NCBI GenBank assembly: GCA_036396895.1
Contig: DASWKB010000024.1
Location: forward strand, 2,115 to 66,114
DNA: 64,000 nt
Direction of reading: 5' to 3'
DNA from: a bacterium
Lineage (GTDB): Bacteria > Omnitrophota > Gorgyraeia > Aquiviventales > Aquiviventaceae
The position numbers were made by a program, and so were the translations under genes. Each line of letters starts with the position of its first letter. Positions within the stretch are counted from its first letter, which is position 1. Shown here one piece after another: positions 51,754-61,777 of the stretch. The notes under the pieces are model-generated. The model saw nothing but the letters and a program-made list of their open reading frames with translations, did not search any database and was not told where the DNA came from.

Positions 51754-53609
51754 CGCGCGGCCGTCTCCTGCGCCGGCAAACCCGGATCCGACCAGCCCAT
51801 CACCCGCGCGTACCACTCATCGCCGCGCATCAGCGCCTCATGCGTCCCTTCCTCCACCAGCCGCCCCTCTTCGAGCACCACGATGTACTCCGCCTGGCGA
51901 ATGGTCGACAGCCGGTGCGCGATGACGATGATCGTCGTCCGGCGGTCCCGCCGGAGCGCTTCGAGGGAGGCCTGGATGCTGCGCTCGGTCTCCACGTCCA
52001 GCGCGCTCGTCGGCTCATCCAGAATCAGAATCGAGGCGCCTTTCAGGAGCGCACGCGCCAGCGTAATGCGCTGGCGCTGCCCGACCGACAACCGGGAGCC
52101 CCGTTCCCCGAGCGGCTCGCCGTAGCCGCCCGGCAAGCGCCGGATGAACTCGTCCGCGTGTGCCTGGCGCGCCGCCGCCTCCACCTCGGCGTCCGCGGCT
52201 TCAGGACGCTCATAGCGGATATTGTTCGCCACGGTGTCGTCGAACACGATCCCCTCTTGCGGCACGAACGCGATCCCGCGCCTGAGGCTCTCCAGCGAAT
52301 ACTCCGAGAGCGGCGCCCCGTCGGCGCTGATCATCCCCGAGACGGGCTCGATCAGCCGCGGAATCAGATCGATGAGCGTGGACTTACCCGCGCCTGAGGG
52401 GCCCACGATGGCGATGAGCTTCCGGGCGGGCAGCCGGAGCGTCACCCCGTGCAGCGCGTCCCGGTCGGCGCCGTCGTACCGGAACCGCACGACCGAGAAG
52501 TCCAGCTCCGCATCTAACCCCAGGAACGCCCGCGCGCCTCCACGGATCGTCGGCGCCGTCTCCACCCGGCTGATGAGGCGACGGACGTGATCAAGACTGG
52601 GCCCCCAGCTGGACATGGATTGCCTCGCGTGGATGGCGTCGCGAATGAGCGGCACCACCCGCACGATCACGAGACAAAACAGCGCCACCTCCGCCAGCGA
52701 GAGCGCGAGCCAGGTAGTCGACACCGTCAGCAGGCCCAGCGTGGCCAGCACGGCGATCGGCTCCGCGAGCGCCTGAATTTTCGAGCCCATCAGCGCCACC
52801 GCGATCTTCCGGTCCCGCAGGCCCGTCACGGTCTCCGACAGGCGTTCCGCCTCCGCGCGCTCCCGGCCCGCAAGCTTGATGAGCCGCAATCCGCTCAACC
52901 GCTCGACCAGCGCGTGCGCCAGCAGCCCGTTCAGCTCGGCCACCTGTTCGCCCTGCCGCCGGCTCCAGGCCATGAGCCACCGCACGAAGAGCTGCGCCGC
53001 CAAGACGCCGAATCCAACGACGAGCGCCGCCGGGGGGGCGACGGCGCACAACACCGCCGCGTACACGGCCACCAGCGACCAGATCGAGGCCAGATCGATG
53101 AAGAACAGGAGCGCCGTGCCGGCCCGTTCAGCGTCCATCGTCAGCGCCGCCACCAGAGTGCCGACTCCCTGCCGCTCCGCGAACCGGAAGTCCGCCTGCA
53201 CCGCGGCCGCGAATCCCCGCTGCTGAAGCCCCGACACCACCCCCTCCTTGAGCCGATAATTCAGCCTCTGCCTGAGGTAGCTGCACCCCTGCCGGCCCAT
53301 CGTCAGAACGAACACGAGCCACAGCAGGTTGGCCAGGGTGAGCGGCATCTGCACGCGGTCAAACAGGCCTGTCAGCGTGCGCCAGAGCAGCGAGCCTCCG
53401 ACGGCGCCAGGATCGCCGCCCGCCTGCATCAGCTCAAGCACGGGCAGGAGCATTGACACGCCCGCGCCCTCGAACATGGCCGTGACAAGACTCAGCACAA
53501 CCAGAAGCACCAGACTCCGCCAAGAGACGCCGAGCCAGCGGAGATGGCCGAAAAAGGAGCGTGGCTCAGCTCGCGACTTCACATACGCGTGCCGCCGCCG
53601 CTCAGACAT
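51750..53609 (-). CDS. fused TMD-NBD ABC exporter (MsbA/PglK-type)
   Basis: Six N-terminal hydrophobic spans, GPSGAGKST Walker A, LSVGQRQR signature, ILILDEPTSALD Walker B. Confidence 0.9.
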   Translation of the reverse strand: MSERRRHAYVKSRAEPRSFFGHLRWLGVSWRSLVLLVVLSLVTAMFEGAGVSMLLPVLELMQAGGDPGAVGGSLLWRTLTGLFDRVQMPLTLANLLWLVFVLTMGRQGCSYLRQRLNYRLKEGVVSGLQQRGFAAAVQADFRFAERQGVGTLVAALTMDAERAGTALLFFIDLASIWSLVAVYAAVLCAVAPPAALVVGFGVLAAQLFVRWLMAWSRRQGEQVAELNGLLAHALVERLSGLRLIKLAGRERAEAERLSETVTGLRDRKIAVALMGSKIQALAEPIAVLATLGLLTVSTTWLALSLAEVALFCLVIVRVVPLIRDAIHARQSMSSWGPSLDHVRRLISRVETAPTIRGGARAFLGLDAELDFSVVRFRYDGADRDALHGVTLRLPARKLIAIVGPSGAGKSTLIDLIPRLIEPVSGMISADGAPLSEYSLESLRRGIAFVPQEGIVFDDTVANNIRYERPEAADAEVEAAARQAHADEFIRRLPGGYGEPLGERGSRLSVGQRQRITLARALLKGASILILDEPTSALDVETERSIQASLEALRRDRRTTIIVIAHRLSTIRQAEYIVVLEEGRLVEEGTHEALMRGDEWYARVMGWSDPGLPAQETAAR

Positions 53610-55248
53610 CCCGCGCCCCGTTCATCAACAAGCTGTCCGCCAGCGCGCGGTCCGGTTCGGTGACCGGTCCGTGCAAGCTCGCCGCCAGCCGGTCAAAGTC
53701 CGCCTGGAGCCGGTTGTTCTGATCGAACGCGGCCGGGACGATGGTGCAGCGCCGCGCCGCCAGCGCGCGTGCGTCCTGATGCCACGGATGCCGTCCGTGG
53801 TCGACCCAAACCACCGGTTTGCGCGTGCAGAGCGCGTGCGCGAATGCCGTCGTTGCCAAGTAATCGAACACGAACGCGTCCGCGTCGTTCCACGCGGACT
53901 CGAACGCGTCGTATCGAAATTCGCACTGGTCGATGTACCGCAGCGGACGCCCCTTCAACAAGCCTTCTGGATGCGGCTTGCAGATGACGCGGAATCCCGC
54001 CCCGCAGAGGGCGCCGACCAGCCTGGCCTGCCAGTCCAGGTACGCCATATCGTCGAGTAGGAGCAGGTTGTTCACCTGCTTTTCTCCGCGGAACACGGTG
54101 GGGACGTACATCACCGTGCGCACCCGATCCGGCTTCGCCCGCGCCCGCTCGCGCATGATCAGCGAGCGAAGCGGATGCCGGCTTCCAGGCGCGGGACCAC
54201 GAACGACGGGGGGCCGCAGTCCGAGCGGCCACTCCGCCGCATCGCGCTGGTACAGGGAGGCCGCCGCGTCCGTGTAGGCCACGAACTCATCGGCCCAGAG
54301 CCCGTCCATGTAGTACAGCGTGCGCGTCTGGTGGAGCGCCCAGGCGCTGGACCCGCCGTGATCAAATCCGGTCACGCTGCCGCCCTGGGCCCGGGTGACC
54401 GCGCGGGCGATCCGCACCCAGTAGTGGCCCCCGCTGCCGGTCCACAGCTCGCGAGGCCACGTGCGCTCCCAGCGCCGCGTCACGTTCATGAGGTCTCGCG
54501 CCGCCTGCTCAAGCAGCCGCTCCGTCAGCGCACGCACGTACTCACGCAAGGGCGTTCCTGCCTTCCAGCCGCGCGCGCTGAGCACCTCAGCCAGCATGGA
54601 CGCCAGACGCTCGCCGAGCTCCGTCACCTTCGGAGGATCCTCCCCGCGCGCCTGGGTCATCAGCGCTTCCGGACCCAGGCAGTACACGGCGCGCGCGCGC
54701 GAGGCCAACTCCGCCCGCAACAGGTCATTCGGCGCAAGGACGCACACCGTCTCCGGCCCGTCGATCCGGCGTGTCAGCATCCCGCGGAGTCCGCCCCATT
54801 GAGCTTGCCGGCCGACACGCCGGATGATGCGTTCGATCCGCGTCCCCGGCCCCGTTCGCCGGCCCCGCTTGAGGTGAAGCGGCGCCACCCCGTCCCCGTA
54901 CGGAACGCCTCGCTCGGCGAGTCCGCGCAGCATCGGATACTCATCGGACAGCACGAGGCGCTGCCCGCGTTCGCGCGTGCGCGCGATGAGTCCGCAGCCT
55001 TGCGCGAGCGAAAGGTATTCCACCAGCAGCCACTTCAACACGACGATCGCAGCCGTCCGGAGATCCGGCTCGCGGCACTCTTCCAGAACCCTGATCAGCC
55101 CACGCTCGATGGCGTCTTTCAGCGCCTCGACTTCTTCCATCGACATCGGCCAGCTGAACAGCGCCGACTCATACGGCAACGCCGCCGCGAAGAGGCTCGC
55201 GGGCACATCGCGAGTATCGCGCTGCGTCAGCGTTGCCGTCTCGCTCAT
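53602..55248 (-). CDS. hypothetical protein (candidate glycosyltransferase)
   Basis: 548 aa from the ATG at 55248 (ATGA overlap with the pseI stop). No family recognised. Contains VICKPHPEG and FVFDYLATTAF near the C-terminus. Confidence 0.6.
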   Translation of the reverse strand: MSETATLTQRDTRDVPASLFAAALPYESALFSWPMSMEEVEALKDAIERGLIRVLEECREPDLRTAAIVVLKWLLVEYLSLAQGCGLIARTRERGQRLVLSDEYPMLRGLAERGVPYGDGVAPLHLKRGRRTGPGTRIERIIRRVGRQAQWGGLRGMLTRRIDGPETVCVLAPNDLLRAELASRARAVYCLGPEALMTQARGEDPPKVTELGERLASMLAEVLSARGWKAGTPLREYVRALTERLLEQAARDLMNVTRRWERTWPRELWTGSGGHYWVRIARAVTRAQGGSVTGFDHGGSSAWALHQTRTLYYMDGLWADEFVAYTDAAASLYQRDAAEWPLGLRPPVVRGPAPGSRHPLRSLIMRERARAKPDRVRTVMYVPTVFRGEKQVNNLLLLDDMAYLDWQARLVGALCGAGFRVICKPHPEGLLKGRPLRYIDQCEFRYDAFESAWNDADAFVFDYLATTAFAHALCTRKPVVWVDHGRHPWHQDARALAARRCTIVPAAFDQNNRLQADFDRLAASLHGPVTEPDRALADSLLMNGARDV

Positions 55249-56351
55249 GCGGCCTTCCGCGACCCGGCTGTCTCGCCAGCCCCGGATCCCGTCACGAGGT
55301 CCCACGTCAAGGGTGTCCCCCGCGCGATGTCCCGGCTCGCCCTCCGGCCGAGGATCTGCCGCAAATAGCGCGGCGCGAGGCCCGCGCCTGGACGGATCGA
55401 GCGGACGTTGCGTGCCGTCAAGGCCTCCCCCGCCCGGACCGCCTTGACGACGAAGAGCGACCGCCGGAACACCCGGCTCTTGGACTCCTCAGGTCCCGGG
55501 CCGAACCGGGAGCTGCCGAGCGCGCGCTCGACCTCGCGCACCGCGTCGACCATGCGGCGGAACTCCTCGGGCGTTTGCGAAAACGCCTGATCCGCGCTCG
55601 GGGCCTCGCGCGAGAGCGTCAAGTGCTTCTCCAACATGCACGCGCCCAGCGCAACCGCCGCCACCGCGGCCGTCGCCCCAAGCGTATGGTCCGACAGTCC
55701 GATCGGAACCCGAAAGGTTTCGGCCAGCGTCCTGATGGCTCTCAGATTCATTTCATCCGAAGGCGCCGGATACGCGCTGGTGCACTTGAGGAGCGCCAGC
55801 GGCCCGGCACCAGCCCGGGACGCCGTTTCGACCGCCTCGGTGATCTCCTCGATCGTCGCCATGCCCGTAGACAGGATCAGCGGTTTGCCCGTGCGGGCGA
55901 GGCGCTCAATCAGCGCCAAATCCACCAGCTCGAACGAAGCCGCCTTGTGAATCGGAACTCCCAGCCGCTCCAGAAATTCGACGGCGGACTCGTCGAACGC
56001 GGTCGAGAAGCAATCGAGCTCCTCCTCTACCGCCACGCGCATGAGCTTCGGATGCCACTCCCATGGGGTCGCGGCGTCCGCGTAGAGCTCGTACAGCGTC
56101 CGGCCGTCCCAGAGCGTCCCGCCGGCGATCTTGAACGGGGGCGCGTCGCAGCAAATCGTCAGCGTGTCCGGAGTGTACGTCTGCAGTTTGATCGCGTCGG
56201 CTCCGGCCGCTTTGGCCGCGCGGACGATGCGCACGGCGGTGTCGAAGTTGCCGCCGTGGTTCGCCGACATCTCTGCCACGATGTACGTCGGGCGGCCGGG
56301 TCCGACCTTCCGGCCGTTGATCTCGAACTCCCGCACCGGCTCGCCGTTCAC
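55245..56351 (-). CDS. pseI: pseudaminic acid synthase (NeuB family with C-terminal SAF domain)
   Basis: YIVAEMSANHGG, AIKLQTY, YELY...TPWEWH, HKAASFELVDL, GKPLILSTGMAT. Confidence 0.88.
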   Translation of the reverse strand: MNGEPVREFEINGRKVGPGRPTYIVAEMSANHGGNFDTAVRIVRAAKAAGADAIKLQTYTPDTLTICCDAPPFKIAGGTLWDGRTLYELYADAATPWEWHPKLMRVAVEEELDCFSTAFDESAVEFLERLGVPIHKAASFELVDLALIERLARTGKPLILSTGMATIEEITEAVETASRAGAGPLALLKCTSAYPAPSDEMNLRAIRTLAETFRVPIGLSDHTLGATAAVAAVALGACMLEKHLTLSREAPSADQAFSQTPEEFRRMVDAVREVERALGSSRFGPGPEESKSRVFRRSLFVVKAVRAGEALTARNVRSIRPGAGLAPRYLRQILGRRASRDIARGTPLTWDLVTGSGAGETAGSRKAA

Positions 56352-57112
56352 GAGCGTCCTTGCTCCTCGTCTCCGTACTCAAGCCCCAGCGACAGATACA
56401 CCCGCCGGCCGCCGACCTCGATGAACGCCCCGCGGAAGGGTGGAAAGGTCCGCGCCCGAAGGATATTGAGCAACTCGCCCGCGGCGTACTGCCGGGTGAC
56501 GTCAATGCGGTCCATCGCGTCCACGTCCCGGATTCGGTGCGTCGCGCCGATGCCTGCCGGCTGAGGCGTGCGAGGTGCCCGGCCGTCTCGGATGGCCGGC
56601 CACAGCTCCTGGAACAGCTCGACCGACGCCCGCTCGAGCCTCCGGTAAAGCGTTTCGCCGGTGTCCACGGGCTCCACGGCCACGACCCGCTGGGCGATCA
56701 GGTCTCCGGCATCGAGGCGATCATCGACGTAGTGCAGCGACACCCCCGCAGGAGTCCCCTCGATGATGCTCCAGACGTTCGGGTACGCCCCCCGGTTATG
56801 CGGCAACAGCGATGGATGCACATTGATGACGCCGGCGGGAAACCCGCGCAGGAGTTCCCGGCTCAGGACGTACCCGAACATGAGCGACACTCCCAAGTCG
56901 GGTTTGAGCGCGAGCACGGCGTCTCTCACCTCGGGCTGAGCAAGCCGGGACCCCTCGAAGACGGCCTCCCGGGGCACCCCGGCAGCCTTGAGGATCTCCC
57001 GGACGTGCCGCTGCCGCTCCGGCGGGTGAATGACCACGGCCGCGATGTCCTCTTCGCGCTCCCGCAGCCATCCGACAATCTGCCAGCCGACCCAGTTGTT
57101 CGCGAAGCACAC
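56348..57112 (-). CDS. Fmt-like sugar N-formyltransferase
   Basis: VINVHPSLLPHNRG and SLHYVDDRLDAGDLI. Start is a GTG at 57112. An in-frame ATT at 57121, 8 nt after a GGAGGG, would give xRIVCFANN. Confidence 0.8.
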   Translation of the reverse strand: MCFANNWVGWQIVGWLREREEDIAAVVIHPPERQRHVREILKAAGVPREAVFEGSRLAQPEVRDAVLALKPDLGVSLMFGYVLSRELLRGFPAGVINVHPSLLPHNRGAYPNVWSIIEGTPAGVSLHYVDDRLDAGDLIAQRVVAVEPVDTGETLYRRLERASVELFQELWPAIRDGRAPRTPQPAGIGATHRIRDVDAMDRIDVTRQYAAGELLNILRARTFPPFRGAFIEVGGRRVYLSLGLEYGDEEQGRS

Positions 57113-57136
57113 GATGCGAATCGCAGGATCCCTCCG

Positions 57137-58183
57137 TTACCGCGAGCCGTTGGCCAGCTCGGCCGCCACGTGCGAGGCGCCTTCCCCCGACACGAGCGCC
57201 CGCCCTCGGGCCGACATCCCGCGCCGCCGCGCCGCATCCCCCAGAAGCGCGCCGGCCGCCCCGGCGACGGCCTCGCCGGTCAGGGTGTCCGCCAGGCCCA
57301 GGTTCAGCGCGACGCCGGCCGCCTCCAGCCGCTCCGCGATCGGCGCCTGGTTCTCCGCCAGCACGATGAGCGCGGCCGGGAGACCCATGAACGCGAGCTC
57401 CCACACGGTGCTGCCCGCGGCCGACACGGCGAGGTCCGCCCACGACATCAGCTCCGGCATCTTCGCCGGCTGCCGCTCGAGGCGCACGGCGGCCTTCGCG
57501 CCCTTGGAGAAGCGCTCAAGCTCCGCCGCGTGCGGATTGGCCGGACCGGCGACCGCCACCGTTTCGAGACGGCCCGGCAAGGCCTCGAGCGCTTCCAGAA
57601 CCCTCGCGGTGACGTTGTCCGGATCCCCGCCCCCCATCGTGACCAGCACGCGCGGCGTCCGGGCGGGGAACTCCCGCGTCCATTCGTTCCACTGAAGGAA
57701 CTCCCGCCGCAGCAGGGCGTATTGCGGCCCCAGCAGGAGGCGGGTGTCCGGCTCCCGGGCCGCGTACAGCGACTCCTCGGCGTGCGGGTTCTGGTTCAGT
57801 ACCACGTGCGCGTAGTAATGCTCCGCGTGGCGGCCGTCATCGATCACGAGCAGCCGGAACCGGCTGCGCCGGATCGCGAGCTGATAGGCGCTGCCGAAGC
57901 GGTAGCCGTCGGCCACGATCCAGGCCGCGCCTGCGCGCCGGGCCGCGCCGATGGTGAGCTTCGCGTCCTCCGGGTCGCCCGGTTCGGCGGGCATGGCCGC
58001 GACCGGAATCCCTTCGCGGATGAACCGGGTCCGGACCGCCTCCGGCACCGCGGCCGCCAGGAGCGCCGCCCCCCCGCCGTGGTGACGCCACGCCTGCGCG
58101 AGCGCCAGGCACCGCATCAGGTGCCCGGTGCCGATCGCGGCATTCCCGTCGGCGCGGATGAGCAGCGCGGGCGCCTTCGCCAT
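57137..58183 (-). CDS. pseG: UDP-2,4-diacetamido-2,4,6-trideoxy-beta-L-altropyranose hydrolase
   Basis: LLIRADGNAAIGTGHLMRCLALA N-terminus and C-terminal AAGSTVWELAFMGLPA. Start placed at MAKAPALL (58183). Confidence 0.8.
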   Translation of the reverse strand: MAKAPALLIRADGNAAIGTGHLMRCLALAQAWRHHGGGAALLAAAVPEAVRTRFIREGIPVAAMPAEPGDPEDAKLTIGAARRAGAAWIVADGYRFGSAYQLAIRRSRFRLLVIDDGRHAEHYYAHVVLNQNPHAEESLYAAREPDTRLLLGPQYALLRREFLQWNEWTREFPARTPRVLVTMGGGDPDNVTARVLEALEALPGRLETVAVAGPANPHAAELERFSKGAKAAVRLERQPAKMPELMSWADLAVSAAGSTVWELAFMGLPAALIVLAENQAPIAERLEAAGVALNLGLADTLTGEAVAGAAGALLGDAARRRGMSARGRALVSGEGASHVAAELANGSR

Positions 58184-58184
58184 G

Positions 58185-58920
58185 CTAGACGGGCTTCTGC
58201 GCCACGTGGGCGTTGAGCCGGCTCCAGTCGGGATGCGCCGCCAGCACCTCCAGGACGTCCCGCCACTCGAACGTGTCGCGTCCGAAATGCCCGTAAATCC
58301 GCCGGAGGAGCTCCAAGTCATCGGCGGTGTCCACCGTCCAGCGGTGTCCCGAGTGATCGTCGCCCAGGCGGACCGGCACCAGCGTAAAGCGCTCCGGGTG
58401 ACGCCAGATGTAGGGCGTCACATGCTCCCGCCAGGCTGGATCGCGGTCCTCTTCCCAGGCGCGACGCAGCGCCCCCGCGGCGATGACTTCCGTGTCGAGC
58501 CCGCGCGGAAACGTCCGCGGCGGCAGGATGTTGCTCGCGTAATCGGCCGCGCCCGAGCGCCGGAACTCCCGCACCACCAGGTCGATCACGCCGGGGTCGA
58601 TCATCGGGCAGTCCGCCGTCACGCGCACGACGGCCGATGCCCGCAGCGCGAGGGCCGCCTGGTAATAGCGGTCCAGCACGTCCGCCTCGCTGCCGCGCAC
58701 GCACGTCCATCCGCGGGACGCGCACAGCGCCGCGACCGGGTCGTCCTGCGGCGCGAGCGTCGTCGCGACGCACACGCCGTCCACGCGCGCCGCCCGCGCG
58801 GTCCGCGCGACGACACGCGCCAGCATCGGCTCACCCGCGAGATCCTTCAGCACCTTGCCCGGCAGCCGCGCGCTTCCCATGCGCGCCTGAATCACGGCGA
58901 CGACGCGCATCCTCGCTCCC
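58185..58920 (-). CDS. SpsF/PseF-type nonulosonate cytidylyltransferase
   Basis: MRVVAVIQARMGSARLPGKVL and RVTADCPMIDP. The Arg-rich 5' extension in the track is rejected. Confidence 0.78.
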
Positions 58921-59554
58921 GCTTCCTGAGCAGAAACATCGCGTCCTCGAGCGGCTCCGTCCGGTACGGAAGCCGCTCCTCCCGCACGAGCTCCAGATCC
59001 GGGCAGGCCGCGCGGTACAGCGCCGCGTAGTCCGCCTTCCAGAGTAAATTCGCGCGGCCCCGGTAGGGCACGCCGGTCAGCTCCGGCGCGAAGTACTCCA
59101 GCCCCAGAATGCCGCGGCGCGAACAACGGTGGATCTCGCGCATCGCCGTCGCGAGATCCGCCGGAGCCAGATGGATCAGCACCCCGGAGGTGAACACCAG
59201 ATCGAAGGACCCGTCCCGGAACGGCAGGCCCGTTGCCGAGCCCTGAATCAGCGTGACACCCGGCAGGCGGCTCCGGGCGCGCGCGACCGCGTACGCCTGC
59301 AGCTCGATCCCGTAGAGCCGGGTGAATCCCTGCCGCCTGAGGCACCCCAGCTGAGTACCCACGTTCGTGCCGACTTCCAGGATCCGGGCCCCGCGGTCGA
59401 CGCCGTCCAGGAACCGCGCGTTGAGCGCGCTGCGCGTGACTCCGTAGCGCGACTCGTACATCGCGTCCAGCTCCTCAATCGTGAGGTCGTTCCGGTCGGT
59501 GTACGACCGGCCGAACGGGCCGCTCCACACGGCGGCCTGCGGCGTCTCAGGCAT
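58892..59554 (-). CDS. pseudaminic-acid-biosynthesis-associated methylase-like SAM methyltransferase
   Basis: ILEVGTNVGTQL and DLVFTSGVLIHL. Its position between pseC and the cytidylyltransferase matches the Pse-associated methylase family. Confidence 0.72.
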   Translation of the reverse strand: MPETPQAAVWSGPFGRSYTDRNDLTIEELDAMYESRYGVTRSALNARFLDGVDRGARILEVGTNVGTQLGCLRRQGFTRLYGIELQAYAVARARSRLPGVTLIQGSATGLPFRDGSFDLVFTSGVLIHLAPADLATAMREIHRCSRRGILGLEYFAPELTGVPYRGRANLLWKADYAALYRAACPDLELVREERLPYRTEPLEDAMFLLRKRERGCASSP

Positions 59555-60719
59555 CGCGGCTCCTCCCGCTCGGCGCCGGGCGCGGCGCGAGCCGTTCCAG
59601 CGCCGAGACGACGCGCCTGATGTCCCCATCCGTCATGCCCGGAAACATCGGCAGCGATACGATACGCTCGTAGGCGGCCTCCGCGGCCGGACACAAGCCG
59701 GGCCCCGTGCCCAGGCGCGTCCGGTACAACGGCTGCAGGTGCACCGGAATGTAGTGCACGTTCACGCCGATCCCCTCCTCATGAAGCCGCCGGAAGGCTT
59801 CCGCCCGGTCCAGGCCCAGCCGGTCCCGGTCGAGCCGGACGACGTACAGATGATACGCGTGCTCGACGCCGGGCCGGACCTCGAGCGGCGCGATCCCCTC
59901 AAGCGTCCCGCAGGCGCGGTCGTACGCCGCGGCGACGGCGCGCCGGCGGGCGAGACTCGCCTGGAGCTTCGCGAGCTGGCTCAAGCCCAGCGCGCACTGG
60001 AAGTCCGAGATCCGATAATTCAGGCCGGGCTCGGCGATCTCGTACACCCACGTGCGCGCCGCCAGGCGGCGGTGCGGATCCGCGTCGATGCCATGGTTGC
60101 GGAAGCGGCGCGCGCGGGCCGCCAGCGCCTCGTCGTCCGTGACCAGCATGCCCCCTTCCCCCGTCGTGATGTGCTTCGCGGGGTGGAAACTGAACGCCGT
60201 CGCGTCGGCGAGCGTCCCCACCGGGCGCGCCGCATCGGACGCGCCCAGCGCGTGGCAACCGTCCGCCAGCAGGCGGATGCCCCGCTCCGCCGTGACCGCC
60301 CGGAGCCGCGCGTAGTCGCACGGCTGACCCGCGTAATCGACGGCGATCACCGCTTTGGTCCTCGGCGTCGCCCGCGCCGCCACGCTCGCGGGGTCGATAA
60401 GCAGCGTCTTCGGGTCCACGTCCGCGAACACGGGACGGGCGCCCTGCAGCAGCACGACCGTGGCCGTCGAGGCGAACGTGATCGCCGGCACGATGACCTC
60501 GTCTTCCGGCCCGATCCCCAGCGCCGCCACGGCCGCGTGGAGCGCGGCAGTCCCGCTGGAGACCGCGACGCCGTGCCGCGCGCCGGTCCGCGCCGCCACC
60601 GCGCGCTCGAACCGCTCAATCAGCGGGCCGCCGGTCAGCCAGGCCGACCGCAGCGCCTCCGCCACCGCGGCGGCGTCCGCGTCATCGATCGAATGCCGCG
60701 TGTACGGCAACAGGTCCAT
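59547..60719 (-). CDS. pseC: UDP-4-amino-4,6-dideoxy-N-acetyl-beta-L-altrosamine transaminase
   Basis: [46 protein letters not shown]. The ATG at 60719 overlaps the pseB stop (TGATG). Confidence 0.88.
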   Translation of the reverse strand: MDLLPYTRHSIDDADAAAVAEALRSAWLTGGPLIERFERAVAARTGARHGVAVSSGTAALHAAVAALGIGPEDEVIVPAITFASTATVVLLQGARPVFADVDPKTLLIDPASVAARATPRTKAVIAVDYAGQPCDYARLRAVTAERGIRLLADGCHALGASDAARPVGTLADATAFSFHPAKHITTGEGGMLVTDDEALAARARRFRNHGIDADPHRRLAARTWVYEIAEPGLNYRISDFQCALGLSQLAKLQASLARRRAVAAAYDRACGTLEGIAPLEVRPGVEHAYHLYVVRLDRDRLGLDRAEAFRRLHEEGIGVNVHYIPVHLQPLYRTRLGTGPGLCPAAEAAYERIVSLPMFPGMTDGDIRRVVSALERLAPRPAPSGRSRDA

Positions 60720-61777
60720 CACGCGTCGCTCAGGCACGGCTCCGAGAGACCCAGCAGGTCCCGCAGCTCCTCGGGGGTCAGCCGCGCGGGATTCGTGTCG
60801 CTCGCGTACCGGAATCCCGGCGGCAGCGGACGCCCGTCCGTCCAGCGCTCGCTTCTCCACCACGCGTGCGCCGGGCGGATGACGTACATGTCGTCCAGCT
60901 CCACGGCCTGCCGCGCCTCGTCCTCCGAGACCAGGACTTCGTGGATCTTTTCCCCGGGCCGGATCCCGATTTCCTCGATGCGGCAGTCCGGCGCCAGCGC
61001 TTTGCACAGATCAAGAATGCTCATGCAGGGGATCTTCGGCACGAAGATCTCCCCGCCGTGCATCGACGTCAGGCAGCGGATGACGAAGCGGACGCCCTGG
61101 TCGAGCGTCAGCCAGAAGCGCGTCATGCGCGGGTCCGTCACCGTCACCGTGCCGCCGGCCCGCTGGGCGAGAAACAGCGGGACGACGCTGCCGCGGCTGC
61201 CGACGACGTTGCCGTACCGGGCGCACGCGAAGCGCGTCCCGCCGGCGCCGGCGTAGGCGTTGCCCTGCACGAAGAGCTTTTCGGCGCACAGCTTCGTCGC
61301 GCCGTAGAGGTTGATGGGGTTCACCGCCTTGTCGGTGCTCACCGCCAGGACCCGCTTGACGCCGCAGTCGATCGCGGCGTCGATCACGTTCTTCGCCCCG
61401 ATAATGTTCGTCTGCACGGCCTCGAACGGGTTGTACTCGCACGCCGGCACCTGCTTGAGCGCCGCCGCGTGCACCACGAGGTCCACCCCGTGCATCGCCC
61501 TCCGGAGCCGATCAAGATCGCGCACGTCGCCGATGAAGTAGCGCACCGGCGATCCGGGGCCGTCGGGCACGCGCTGGCGCATCTCGTGCTGCTTGAGCTC
61601 GTCCCGGCTGAAGATGATCAGCTTCTTGGGGCGCGCGGAGGCCAGCACCGCCTCCGTGAACTTCTGCCCGAACGATCCCGTGCCGCCCGTGACGAGGATC
61701 GTCGATCCGTCCAACGACAAGGATTCGCGCATTGTCTCCGTCCCTCCCGGCGCCTGAGGCCCTCGCCGGGCGCTCAT
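60719..61777 (-). CDS. pseB: UDP-N-acetylglucosamine 4,6-dehydratase (inverting)
   Basis: [36 protein letters not shown]. Start at 61777 (ATGA overlap) or 61732. Confidence 0.9.
   Translation of the reverse strand: MSARRGPQAPGGTETMRESLSLDGSTILVTGGTGSFGQKFTEAVLASARPKKLIIFSRDELKQHEMRQRVPDGPGSPVRYFIGDVRDLDRLRRAMHGVDLVVHAAALKQVPACEYNPFEAVQTNIIGAKNVIDAAIDCGVKRVLAVSTDKAVNPINLYGATKLCAEKLFVQGNAYAGAGGTRFACARYGNVVGSRGSVVPLFLAQRAGGTVTVTDPRMTRFWLTLDQGVRFVIRCLTSMHGGEIFVPKIPCMSILDLCKALAPDCRIEEIGIRPGEKIHEVLVSEDEARQAVELDDMYVIRPAHAWWRSERWTDGRPLPPGFRYASDTNPARLTPEELRDLLGLSEPCLSDA

Noticed and set aside
49930-53609. Lasso-peptide-like pair (Cys-less AsnB homologue next to an MsbA/McjD-type ABC exporter)
   Set aside because: No transglutaminase-like leader protease, RRE/PqqD-like protein or precursor-peptide ORF is nearby. 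There are no intergenic gaps to hold one. The genes are embedded in, and translationally coupled to, glycan-biosynthesis genes.
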